Shown here piece by piece: positions 55,101 to 64,000 of a stretch of 64,000 nucleotides of DNA. The DNA is taken from assembly GCA_964658305.1 (NCBI GenBank), contig OZ210884.1, forward strand, positions 3,410,001 through 3,474,000, written 5' to 3'. The notes beneath the pieces are model-generated. The model was not told the origin of the DNA and did not search any database. It was given only the letters and a program-made list of their open reading frames with translations. Both the position numbers and the translations under genes were made by a program. Position 1 is the stretch's first letter. Each line of letters opens with the position of its first letter. This stretch comes from Leptogorgia sarmentosa. Taxonomy: Eukaryota.

Positions 55101-58100
55101 AACTGTCACACCATAATCACTTTCTACTAAAGTTTCTCTAACTTTTGGCTGTGTAATATTCACGCCGGGTCCTTGAAACACACAAAGGGTGTAAGAATTT
55201 TTTTTCAAAACAGAAGGAATATTGAGGAATTTATCAACTTAGTGAGAGGTTTGTTTGGAAACATTGCCTAATTTTTCCTATAGACTGAGGGATAAAGAAC
55301 CGAGGACTGTGCAATTAGGAACGAAGAAAGATCTTTAACGTAATGACCGAGGAATTGATGTTAATGACCGATTCATTTCATGGCTTTTTTCGATCACAAT
55401 TTGTCCTTAAACTTTTATTTATATGTTCGCACGCGCGGAATGAATTTCTTGAAAGGACAAGATGACCGGTTATGGACCAATCAACATGCAGAATTTACTC
55501 AGCCATATTCAAAACTGAATTATTGCAACGTTGCCGAGTGGTGTAATGTTTTGCTCTTATACTTGGTTCATGTAATAAGGCAAAGTCGACAAGATGATTT
55601 TTTCGCTCCTGGAAATCGACCAATCAACGTGTAGCATTTATATTTTTATCTAATGAAAATAACAGACCTGATTTTTTATTTAACGGATAGAAAATTCAAC
55701 ATAAATTTAGTAAAATCTGCTCTGCTCGCGAAACAAACGTAGAACTATCTTACAACAGTGTTTTCCAAAATAATAAATATAAATAATACCGAAGCATTTT
55801 CCTTTGAATACAGAAGGCTGTTCCTTTAAAGTACTGTGAATAATCATATTTTTTTTGAGATAGTTAATATTATGAATACGAATGTTTAAACCATATAAAC
55901 TGTAAATACCTTCATACGGTGAAGACAAATCAATTTCCGAGCCATTTATCACAACGCTTCCTCGCAGGAGTTCGATAGTTACGTCAGGGAAAATCACGGT
56001 GAGGGATTTTGTGCAGGAAGGCTCTCCATTTCCACAAGGTTCATTCACTTGTCTTATTTCAAACGTGTTGTTTACTTTAGCCAAAACATATTCACATCTT
56101 CCCATGAAGTCATAGCGAGTTCCATCAAATGTGGTGTAGTGTGGGTCACCTTTTGCTTTACATGTTGCTTGAACTGTTATATTTTGCAAAAAAATGATTA
56201 ATAAAGCTATTCGTAATCAACAATTTATCATTTGAAACTGGAAACCCTATTTCCAAGGTTATGCAGTCCCGCTAGTGTACTCAATGACAAAAATTAATCT
56301 CGAAAGAAAAACTCGTTTTCTGTTCTTTTCTCAATGGCAAAATTTTACCTAAATGAAAAACTTCAGTCTCACCTAGCTGGCAATCAGGTCCTTCGTAATC
56401 ATCCTTACAAACACATTTGAAGTTATTGTCCACCTGAACACACTCTTCCTTTTCGCCACAAGAAAGAATGCTACAGTTGGTGGCTAAATAATGAAAGGTA
56501 CAAAAACTAATTAGAAATGTAACTGTAGCTATAGCATTATTTTCAGAAAGAGAAATAGAAAATATTTATTATTGCAAATTGAACTTGAACACTCGCTTGG
56601 GTATCTAGGGAAAAAACATTGCATTTATTTGTGTATATTTTTTAAACTTCTATTTAGTGTTGTAGTCAAGGGCGTCAATCCTGGGGGGGGATGGGGGGAC
56701 GCGTCCCCCCCACTTTTTGAAGTGGGGGGGACGAATATCGAATTGTCCCCCCTAATTTTAATCATGTTTAAAAAAAATGTTTTTTGGTAATCTTAAAACC
56801 CCATGCCTGTATGCTATACATCGTGAATTGTGAAGTACAATCAACAATCTGAGATCAGAAGAAAACTATTCGGAGCCTTCGAATAGTTCTGCGATTGAAA
56901 TCCTAATTGGAAAGGCAATGGACCTCAGCCACGTACACACGTTCAAATTTGCTTTTGTTTTTATTGATCATTTTATGTACAATTGATATAATTGTCAAAG
57001 AAATCATTTCATTTGCGATTCAAATCTTCATTGTTTTATTAAAAATAATACGTATTCGAATAATACACATTCGACATCGACAAAAAATTCTCATATAATT
57101 TAGGCAAGAAATTCGGCGGAATTATTTTAGTAAAATAGTATTTGTGCATGATGTTTCAAATTTCAAAATTATTCGGGGAAGATTGCCCCACACCCTTCTA
57201 GAAAGGGGCACGTTTCATTATTATTTTACAACTGACATATTTTTGTCCCCCCCCCCCCATAGGCGTACGAGGCGGGGGGACAAGGGGGGAAACTGTCCCC
57301 CAAAAAATTCAAATAATGTCAACAGTCCTCCAGTCGTTCACCTGAACGAGGCCGTTACCGGCAATCCAGAGGTTGTAAAAGTTCAAAAATTTCTCGCTCG
57401 GCGCCAACCATGGAGGGGCCTCGTGACATTCACTGCCCTCAAATTCGGGCAAAGATCTTTCGGTCCCCTCCCTGAGAAAATGTAGCCCCTACGCTTATGG
57501 TCTGTTACGCTATGACTAAGTTGACTAAGTTATATATTTACAAGGGATTTTAATACAAAAGACTACACTAAGTCTGCTCTCTTATTCGTCAGTTAATCCT
57601 TTGTATTAAAATCCCTTGTAAATATATAACTTAGTCATTACAGACAATTTTATCTGAAGAGTACCAAACTGAATAGTAATAAAATATCTTGTCTTGACTG
57701 TTGAATCTTTGAACTTTAATTCATATATTTAACAATTAGATTAGGAGCTCGAGATTTCTATGAGGTGATAGTTGATGAGGGCGAGGCCCGAATCAACTAT
57801 CATCTCGTAGAAATCGAGAGCGAGTAATCTAATTGTTTTAGTAGAATCAGAGGTCAAACATGAAAATATTGCAAAAAAAAATTTTAAAACCGCGTCTCAG
57901 AAGACATTTTCTTGAACGAAAATTCACATGTTTTGCTACTCGCTATCTATCGAGGAATAGATAGCGAGTAGAGTAGCCAATCAAATTGCAGCTTGATTCG
58001 GGCTTCGCCCTTATCAACTATCATGCACCACATAGAAATCTCGAGCTCGTAATCTAATTGTTAAATGTATTTACTTTTACTTGAAATGCACGCCCTATAT

Positions 58101-61100
58101 TCAGGTTAACATTGAAAGGTCGTTAAGAGTGGTGCGCTGAGTAAGTCAATTTGCGTAATTATAAACATTCACGTAGCTAAGTTCCTTGTATAAGACATGG
58201 ACGAATGTTGGCATAATTTATGGAATAATCATGAGGTTCATTCAACGTACCTGTACAGTTTACACCATCCCTAGTAAAACTCTTGTTACATGGAATAAGA
58301 CCTTTTTACAGGCTAAGGCATACTCGAATGAAATAGCATCCTTAACACTCCCACAGATTCTTGTCGTGAAATTCTTTCGCATATATAATTTAATTTATTT
58401 GATTCGATTTCACACATACCTGTACAATTTACCCCATCTCCAGAAAAGCCATCCAGGCAAACACATGCAAATGATCCAATTGTATTTAAACATGTAGCAT
58501 TTTCGTGACAATTGTGGGTGTTATTGGCACATTCGTCGGTATCTGCAAAGGTAAAAAAACACTGTAACTTACGGTAAATACACCAAATTCCTTCTGTGCG
58601 GTCGCGAACCTTCAGAACAAAATGGAGAGATAATTATTACAGATCTTCAAGTATGCGTAAACATTCACTGTTCGGAAGTATGAAGAACGTATATCAATTT
58701 TGTGCGCAATTGGTGTCCTCTGTAGCTATATCAATTTCGATATCCATATTAAGATCGAAAGAAAGGCAAGGACCGGTGTTGAAATATTTAATGAAGAACA
58801 AGTTCATTCCGTCTGTTCGATATGTCGTGTTCTTTGGATATTAATAGCTATATGAAATTTTACTAACATGAGTCGAATGTCATTGTTGAATAAGCGCTTG
58901 AGGCGATAAATTTATAGAATCCTTCATACCATTGCACGTTGAAGAAGATATTTTGTCTGCCAAAAAAGATAGTTCTTCGAAGTTGTCCAAGAGATAAACG
59001 TGTTCATCAACGGGGGACGTTGCCATTGTTTCCAATTCTGATACTCTAATACCTGAACCAACTCCAATCGCAAATATCGTAAGGCCAATGTCTTTGAGTT
59101 GTTGTGCTGGTTGATCAACGCTTCCACTGCTCTGGCCATCAGTGACCACCAGCAGAACTTGATTAGCGTCTAAAAAGATTAACGATATAAAATCAGTATA
59201 ACAAGATAAACGTAACGTGAAATGACTATTATTGTGAAAAAAAACAAACAAAGCTGAAGAACAAACAAACTATGATTAGGCAAAAAGATGAAACAAAAAA
59301 ATGAACAAATGAACAGACGAATACAAGCACGCACCTGAAAATCGAGCCCCGTTGTTTGTATTGAACATCTCTGTATACGCTTTAACCAAAGCCAAGTAGG
59401 TATTAGTGCCACCACTGGTGAAGGAAATATTCTGTATCGTGGAGTGAAGATCCTCCCGCGTTTCAAATATTTGGGAAAATGGAAAATGTAGTGTGCAAGA
59501 TGTTGCATACGAAATGACAGACACCCTTGTATTTTCGTGTGAAATGTTAAAGTGATCGGTAAGATCCTTTACAAAAGATTTAATCTTTTCGAAATTAAAG
59601 GCACCGATACTACCAGAACTATCTAAAATGAATCCGATATCAAGCTTTTCTTCGCAAATGTTGAAGTTTCTGCCTAAAAATAAAAACAAAACAAATATTT
59701 TATCTAAAAATAGTGATGCGATCATGAAAATTGAAAATTTGACTTGCCATTTTAAATGTGCTATACACAAGATTTTTTCGGCACAGACCAAGAAATTCAT
59801 TCTCGAATTTACACAGATGTAAATATAAATGCATTTTCAAGCTGAACACTTTGAAACATGATTTTGTTTCAAAGGCGATACAAAGGAAGCTCGCTTGAAA
59901 TTATGCCTAGAATACTACAGCATCCATTTTAATAGTTCTTTTAATTTCTAATTTGCATTCAACTACTATGAAAAGTTGAATGCGAAGTGGTGCCATGCCT
60001 TAAATCAATTTGCATATCAATATTAAGGTAAATATGTCGAAAAGTGTTAACGTTGACAAAGGTTGGAAAAGGTTATTGATTAATTTCGCCTACCTGTACA
60101 GTTTAAACCATTTCCATAAAAGCCATTTATACAAGTGCATGTAAATGATCCATTTGTGTTCCTACACGTGGCATTGTTATGGCAATCGTGTGTTCTCATT
60201 TCACATTCATTCACATCTGTAACAGCCAAAAGATACTTCATCACTTAACGCTAAATGTTTAAGTCAATGAAGTGCCATTGCGAAGTCGTTCAGGAAACAG
60301 CCTGAATAATTTTGCAAGGGAAACACAACTATCCCCAAGATTGGTACACTTTAAGTAATAATAAAGGCTAACGAATATCCTTAACAATTGTACTTTGTTT
60401 TTAACAGTGGGCCAAGGACTATTATTTTCTTTCCAAAGACGAGTTAAGAACAGCTAGATTCAGTGAAATGGAATCATTCAAACTTTTTCAAAACTTTCTG
60501 CAGTTAATTTTACTTGAAATTCATGCGCTACTTTCTAGCTAGCGAACATTGTAAAATCGTTAAGAGCATTCGTGGTCTGAGTCAATTCAATTTGTACAAT
60601 TATAAATATTTACATAAATTTCATTGTATAAGACATCGGCAAAAATTAAGGTTATCACAATTTATTGAATATTTATGAGGTTCATTCCACATACCCGCAC
60701 AGTTTCCACCATCCCCAGTAAAACCATTGTTACATGCACAGGTAAATGATCCATGTGTGTTGTTGCACGTAGCATTGTCGTGGCAATTGTGCGTGTTAAT
60801 GGCACATTCATTCACATCTGCCACTGTAAAAAGAGAATTGATAACATTAAGCCAATTCGTCAAACTCAAGCCTATAGATTGTTCAATGGCGTATAATCAT
60901 TCAGGAAACATGGTGAATATGTTTCCTTTAGCTCTTGAAAAGCTGTACCTTAATACCCTGAAAATCGGAGCACATCCACTATGAACAATACTAGGTGATA
61001 ATACACACCAATTTTGAATGTTTTTAGACACGCTATGAAGTAATACATTTTCAAAACGCAGGCCACGGCTTACTCTAATGAAACAGCATCATTAATATAA

Positions 61101-63696
61101 CTCTCCCACAGTTTGTTTTCGTGAAATTCTTCCGCAAACATAATTCAATTTATTTAATTCAATTTCCTCTCTGTAATTTCGCGAAAACAGACGAGGATAA
61201 AGTTGGGAATGATATTTTCAATAAGACGTTTTTTACGCATACCTGTACAATTGACCCCATCTCCAGAAAAGCCATCCAGGCACACACATGCAAATGATCC
61301 AATTGTATTTAAACATGTAGCATTTTCGTGACAATTGTGGGTGTTATTGGCACATTCGTTGGTATCTGCAAAGGTAAAAAAACTCTGTAACTTACGGTAA
61401 ATACCCCAAATTCCTTCTGTACGGTCGGGAACCTTCTGAACAACATGGAGAGATAGTTATTTCAAAACCTTGCAGCATGTGTACACACTAACTGTTCGGA
61501 AGTTTTAAGAACGCTTATCAATTTTAGTCTCTTATGATCTTCGTAGCTCAACAATTTTTCCGTATTATTTCAAATAGAGCAGAAATTTTGTAGGCAATAT
61601 GCTGTTCTCTGTATATCAATTTCAATATCCACATTAAGAACGAAAGAAAGGCAAGGACTGGTGTTGAAATATTTAATGTAAGAAGAACTTGATTCCATCT
61701 GATCGATAGGGCCATTTCCTTGGATATTAATAGCTACATGAAATTTTAGTACCATGAGTTGAATGTCATTCTTGAAGCAAGCGTGAGAGTGCAATTACGG
61801 TGATAAATTTATATAATCATTCATACCATTGCACGTTGAAGAAGATATTTTGTCTGCCAAAGGATATAGTTCTTCGAAATTATCCAAGAGATAAACGTGT
61901 TCATCAATGGGGGACGTTGCTATTGTTTCCAATTCTGATACTCCAATACCTGAACCAACTCCAATCGAAAATATTGTAAGGCCAATGTCTTTGAGTTGTT
62001 GTGCTGGTTGATCAACGCTTCCATGGCTCTGGCCATCAGTGACCACCAGCAGAACTTGATTAGCGTCTAAAAAGATTAACGATATAAAATCAGTATAACA
62101 AGATAAGCGTAACGTGAAACGACTATTATTGTGAAAAAAAACAAAGCTGAAGAACAAACAAGCTATATGCAAAACGATGAAACAAAAAAATGAACAAATG
62201 AAAAGGACAGACCTGAAAATCGAGCCCCGTTGTTTGCTTTGAACATCTCTGTATACGCTTTAACCAAAGCCAAGTCAGTATTAGTGATACCACTGGTGAA
62301 GGAAATATTCTGTATCGCAGAGTGAAGATCCTCCCGCGTTTCAAATATTTGGGAAAATGGAAAATGTAGTGTGCAAGATGTTGCATACGAAATAACAGAC
62401 ACCCTTGTATTTTCGTGTGAAATGTTAAAGTGATCGGTAAGATCCTTTACAAAAGATTTAATCTTTTCGAAATTAAAGGCACCGATACTACCAGAGCTAT
62501 CTAAAATGAATCCTATATCAAGCTTTCCTTCGCAAATGTTGACGTTTTTGCCTAAAAGTAAAAACAAAACAAATATCTTATCTAAAAACAGTGATGCGAC
62601 CATGAAAATTCGAAACTTGACTTGCCATTTTAAATGTGCTATTCACAAGATTTTTTCAGCACAAAGCAAGAAATTCGTTCTCGAATTTACACAGATGTAA
62701 ATATAAATGCATTTTCAAGCTGAACACTTTGAAACATGATTTTGTTTCAAAGGCGATACAAAGGAAGCTCGCTTGAAATTATGCCGAGAATACTACAGCA
62801 TCCATTTTAATAGTTCTTTTAATTTCTAATTTGCATTCAACTACTATGAAAAGTTGAATGCGAAGTGGTGCCATGCCTTAAATCAATTTGCATATCAATA
62901 TTAAGGTAAATATGTCGAAAAGTGTTAACGTTGACAAAGGTTGGAATAGGTTATTGATTAATTTCGCCTACCTGTACAGTTTAAACCATTTCCATAAAAG
63001 CCATTTATACAAGTGCATGTAAAGGATCCATTTGTGTTCGTACACGTGGCATTGTCATGGCAATCGTGTGTTCTCATTTCACATTCATTCACATCTGTAA
63101 CAGCCAAAGGATATTTCATCACTTAACGCAAAATGTTTAAGACAATGAAGTGCCATTGTGAAGTGGTTCTGGAAACAGCCTGAATAATTTTGATAGGGAA
63201 ACACAACTATCCCCAAGATTGGTACAATTTAAGTAATAAGAAAGGCTAACGAATATCCTTAACAATTGTACTTCGTTTTTAACAATGGGCCAAGTACTAT
63301 TATTTTCTTTCCAAAGGCGAGTTAAGAACAGCTAGATTCAGTGAAATGGAATCATTCAAACTTTTTCAAAACTTTCTGCAGTTAATTTTATTTGAAATGC
63401 ATGCGCTACTTTCTAGCTAGCGAACATTGTAAAATCGTTAAAAGCATTCGTGGTCTGAGTCAATTCAATTTGATACAATTATAAATATTTACATAAATTT
63501 CATTGTATAAGACATCGGCAAAAATTAAGGTTATCACAATTTATTGAATATTTATGAGGTTCATTCCACATACCCGCACAGTTTACACCATCCCCAGTAA
63601 AACCATTGTTACATGCACAGGTAAATGATCCATGTGTGTTGTTGCACGTAGCATTGTCGTGGCAATTGTGCGTGTTAATGGCACATTCATTCACAT
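1020..63696 (-). CDS. Partial giant multi-exon extracellular glycoprotein (VWA/EGF/VWD-C8/SEA; FCGBP/zonadhesin/tectorin/mucin-like architecture); extends beyond both window edges
   Basis: 71 exons with GT-AG boundaries and compatible phases, about 15.2 kb coding by my manual exon tracing. Recognisable motifs: cbEGF (DxxEC...CxNxxGS[YF]xCxC), VWA (DSSGS...VTDG), VWD ([14 protein letters not shown]), C8 (CEYDVCGC...CLC) and SEA (GSVGV). One internal stop at 39606-39608. Confidence 0.9.
1680..1811 (-). CDS. Exon: calcium-binding EGF-like domain
   Basis: 132 nt, AG/GT flanked, [43 protein letters not shown]. Confidence 0.9.
2530..2646 (-). CDS. Exon: cbEGF domain (not in ORF track)
   Basis: 117 nt, [39 protein letters not shown]; donor GTGAGT. 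Confidence 0.88.
3306..3425 (-). CDS. Exon: cbEGF domain (not in ORF track)
   Basis: 120 nt, [40 protein letters not shown]. Confidence 0.88.
3713..3849. mobile_element. Short palindromic (foldback/MITE-like) element
   Basis: gttatttacc...gggaggtc..gatagaaaa...tctcaaaaacg mirrored by cgtttttgaga...ttttctatc..gacctccc...ggtaaataac. Confidence 0.6.
4534..4650 (-). CDS. Exon: EGF type B
   Basis: 117 nt, [39 protein letters not shown]. Confidence 0.9.
5295..5420 (-). CDS. Exon: cbEGF type A
   Basis: 126 nt, [42 protein letters not shown]. Confidence 0.9.
6185..6301 (-). CDS. Exon: EGF type B
   Basis: 117 nt; same peptide as 4534-4650. Confidence 0.9.
6952..7077 (-). CDS. Exon: cbEGF type A
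   Basis: 126 nt; V->A variant (CHAEAN). Confidence 0.9.
7843..7965 (-). CDS. Exon: EGF type B (6 nt longer variant)
   Basis: 123 nt, [18 protein letters not shown]...GDGMNCE. Confidence 0.9.
8611..8736 (-). CDS. Exon: cbEGF type A
   Basis: 126 nt, [19 protein letters not shown]... Confidence 0.9.
10907..11032 (-). CDS. Exon: cbEGF, diverged paralog of type A
   Basis: 126 nt, [42 protein letters not shown]. Confidence 0.9.
11286..12210 (-). CDS. SEA domain in three exons: 12095-12210, 11740-11807, 11286-11470
   Basis: Phases 1->0, 0->2 and 2->1 join in frame: [92 protein letters not shown]... Has the SEA-type Y..EY.DPNS..Y and GSV.V motifs. Confidence 0.8.
12398..12535 (-). CDS. Exon: cbEGF, paralog of 1680-1811
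   Basis: 138 nt, [45 protein letters not shown]. Confidence 0.9.
12907..13026 (-). CDS. Exon: cbEGF (not in ORF track)
   Basis: 120 nt, [40 protein letters not shown]. An alternative in-frame donor would extend the exon to 12901. Confidence 0.85.
13920..14042 (-). CDS. Exon: cbEGF (not in ORF track)
   Basis: 123 nt, [41 protein letters not shown]. Confidence 0.88.
15040..15651. mobile_element. Non-autonomous hAT-like DNA transposon (MITE), 612 bp
   Basis: 16-bp TIR cagtggcgtgctggca / tgccagcacgccactg; 8-bp TSD atgtatgt at 15032-15039 and 15652-15659; the other units show the empty site (ggtgatgtatgtgtttt). Confidence 0.92.
15930..18114 (-). CDS. VWD unit 11 (most C-terminal, diverged)
   Basis: Exons 18004-18114, 17541-17804, 16274-16804, 15930-16046; has [15 protein letters not shown] instead of [15 protein letters not shown]. 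Confidence 0.9.
19753..21941 (-). CDS. VWD unit 10
   Basis: Exons 21831-21941, 21368-21631, 20097-20627, 19753-19869. Confidence 0.9.
22438..22548. repeat. About 110-bp imperfect palindrome, present in each inter-unit intron (example copy)
   Basis: taatcgcat...gtaaaattaaggattaatttcacgcgtgttttca / tgaaaacacgcgtgaaattaatccttaattttac...atgcgatta. Confidence 0.85.
23591..25779 (-). CDS. VWD unit 9
   Basis: Exons 25669-25779, 25206-25469, 23935-24465, 23591-23707. Confidence 0.9.
27429..29617 (-). CDS. VWD unit 8
   Basis: Exons 29507-29617, 29044-29307, 27773-28303, 27429-27545. Confidence 0.9.
31266..33460 (-). CDS. VWD unit 7
   Basis: Exons 33350-33460, 32886-33149, 31610-32140, 31266-31382. 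Confidence 0.9.
35109..37303 (-). CDS. VWD unit 6
   Basis: Exons 37193-37303, 36729-36992, 35453-35983, 35109-35225. Confidence 0.9.
38953..41145 (-). CDS. VWD unit 5, with premature TGA in the 531-nt exon
   Basis: Exons 41035-41145, 40572-40835, 39296-39826, 38953-39069; GGA->TGA at 39606-39608. Confidence 0.8.
42795..44982 (-). CDS. VWD unit 4
   Basis: Exons 44872-44982, 44409-44672, 43138-43668, 42795-42911. Confidence 0.9.
46632..48809 (-). CDS. VWD unit 3
   Basis: Exons 48699-48809, 48236-48499, 46976-47506, 46632-46748. Confidence 0.9.
50459..52647 (-). CDS. VWD unit 2
   Basis: Exons 52537-52647, 52074-52337, 50803-51333, 50459-50575. Confidence 0.9.
54297..56483 (-). CDS. VWD unit 1 (most N-terminal)
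   Basis: Exons 56373-56483, 55910-56173, 54641-55171, 54297-54413; private variants SGVID, LNIPR, DNFFK. Confidence 0.9.
56667..57257. mobile_element. Probable truncated MITE with G/C-run subterminal motifs
   Basis: Starts caagggcgtcaatcctgggggggg with self-complementary G and C runs; matching right TIR not found; abuts the next element. Confidence 0.4.
57258..57499. mobile_element. Short MITE related to the interior of the 15040-15651 element
   Basis: Terminal cataggcgta / tacgcttatg (1 mismatch); 57313-57499 is similar to 15363-15580. Confidence 0.65.
57522..57637. repeat. Inverted repeat with about 38-bp perfect arms
   Basis: tgactaagttatatatttacaagggattttaatacaaa ... tttgtattaaaatcccttgtaaatatataacttagtca. 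Confidence 0.9.
57727..58066. mobile_element. Foldback/MITE-like element with long TIRs and nested hairpins
   Basis: atttaacaattagatta.gagctcgagatttctatg ... catagaaatctcgagctc.taatctaattgttaaat; internal hairpins at about 57730-57838 and 57936-57971. Confidence 0.75.
58251..58291 (-). pseudogene. Decayed EGF pseudo-exon (3' third only)
   Basis: Translates [13 protein letters not shown] followed by a GTACGT donor; homologous to [13 protein letters not shown] of exon 63574-63696; acceptor and 5' part deleted. Confidence 0.75.
58420..58542 (-). CDS. Exon: cbEGF
   Basis: 123 nt, [41 protein letters not shown]. Confidence 0.9.
58930..59673 (-). CDS. VWA domain, exons 59335-59673 and 58930-59169
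   Basis: [14 protein letters not shown]...GGTNT...[10 protein letters not shown]...IFAIGVG; MIDAS residues present; both exons phase 1-1. Confidence 0.93.
60094..60216 (-). CDS. Exon: cbEGF
   Basis: 123 nt, [41 protein letters not shown]. Confidence 0.9.
60695..60817 (-). CDS. Exon: cbEGF
   Basis: 123 nt, [41 protein letters not shown]; alternative acceptor 6 nt upstream. Confidence 0.9.
61243..61365 (-). CDS. Exon: cbEGF
   Basis: 123 nt, [41 protein letters not shown]. Confidence 0.9.
61827..62551 (-). CDS. VWA domain, exons 62213-62551 and 61827-62066
   Basis: DSSGS, GITNT and VTDG motifs; paralog of 58930-59673. Confidence 0.93.
62972..63094 (-). CDS. Exon: cbEGF
   Basis: 123 nt, [41 protein letters not shown]. 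Confidence 0.9.
63574..63696 (-). CDS. Exon: cbEGF (most 5' exon visible)
   Basis: 123 nt, [18 protein letters not shown]...GDGVNCA. Confidence 0.9.
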
Positions 63697-64000
63697 CTGC
63701 CACTGTAAAAAGAGAATTGATAACATTAAGCCAATTCGTCAAACTCAAGCCTATAGATTGTTCAATGGCGTATAATCATTCAGGAAACATGGTGAATATG
63801 TTTCCTTTAGCTCTTGAAAAGCTGTACCTTAATACCCTGAAAATCGGAGCACATCCACTATGAACAATACTAGGTGATAATACACACCAATTTTGCAATG
63901 TTTTTAGACACGCTATGAAGTAATACATTTTCAAAACGCAGGACCCGGCATACTCTAATGAAACAGCATCATTAACTCTCCCACAGTTTGTTTTCGTAAA

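Larger units (their letters stand above)
14460..56553. repeat. About 3.84 kb tandem array, 11 near-identical units, each encoding 341 aa EGF-VWD-C8-EGF in 4 exons (111+264+531+117 nt)
   Basis: Homologous ORFs recur at 16242, 20065, 23903, 27741, 31578, 35421, 39264, 43106, 46944, 50771 and 54609; introns are also nearly identical. Confidence 0.97.
58075..64000. repeat. About 2.88 kb tandem repeat (EGF-EGF-VWA-EGF unit): two copies plus a decayed remnant; continues past the window end
   Basis: Exon offsets of 2878-2897 bp (2823 for one pair); introns conserved. Confidence 0.92.

Noticed and set aside
14460..56553. Eleven separate tandem genes, a CRISPR-like array or a prokaryotic system
   Set aside because: Units have no start, signal peptide or stop; exons join in phase across units; there is no repeat-spacer structure; the introns are spliceosomal.

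Overview
AT-rich, intron-rich eukaryotic (metazoan) DNA. An invertebrate, possibly cnidarian, origin is my inference from domain content and repeat style and is not proven. The window is the interior of one giant minus-strand gene; neither start nor stop codon is visible. I traced 71 GT-AG exons that join in frame into about 5,080 codons. N- to C-terminal order (high to low coordinates): EGF-EGF-VWA-EGF-EGF-EGF-VWA-EGF, then 11 x [EGF-VWD-C8-EGF], then EGFx3-SEA-EGFx10-SEA (partial). That is 41 EGF, 2 VWA, 11 VWD/C8 and 2 SEA domains. Three tandem arrays that include introns built the gene: about 2.88 kb (VWA unit), about 3.84 kb x 11 (VWD unit, nearly identical) and about 1.66 kb x ~2.8 (EGF pair). 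Every VWD carries the GDPH autoproteolysis motif. One VWD copy has an in-frame TGA (39606-39608). Introns hold a hAT-like MITE with an 8-bp target-site duplication, several palindromic elements, a decayed EGF pseudo-exon, and a patchwork intron that records how the array arose. Most ORF-track entries are exon-plus-intron read-throughs or antisense shadows.
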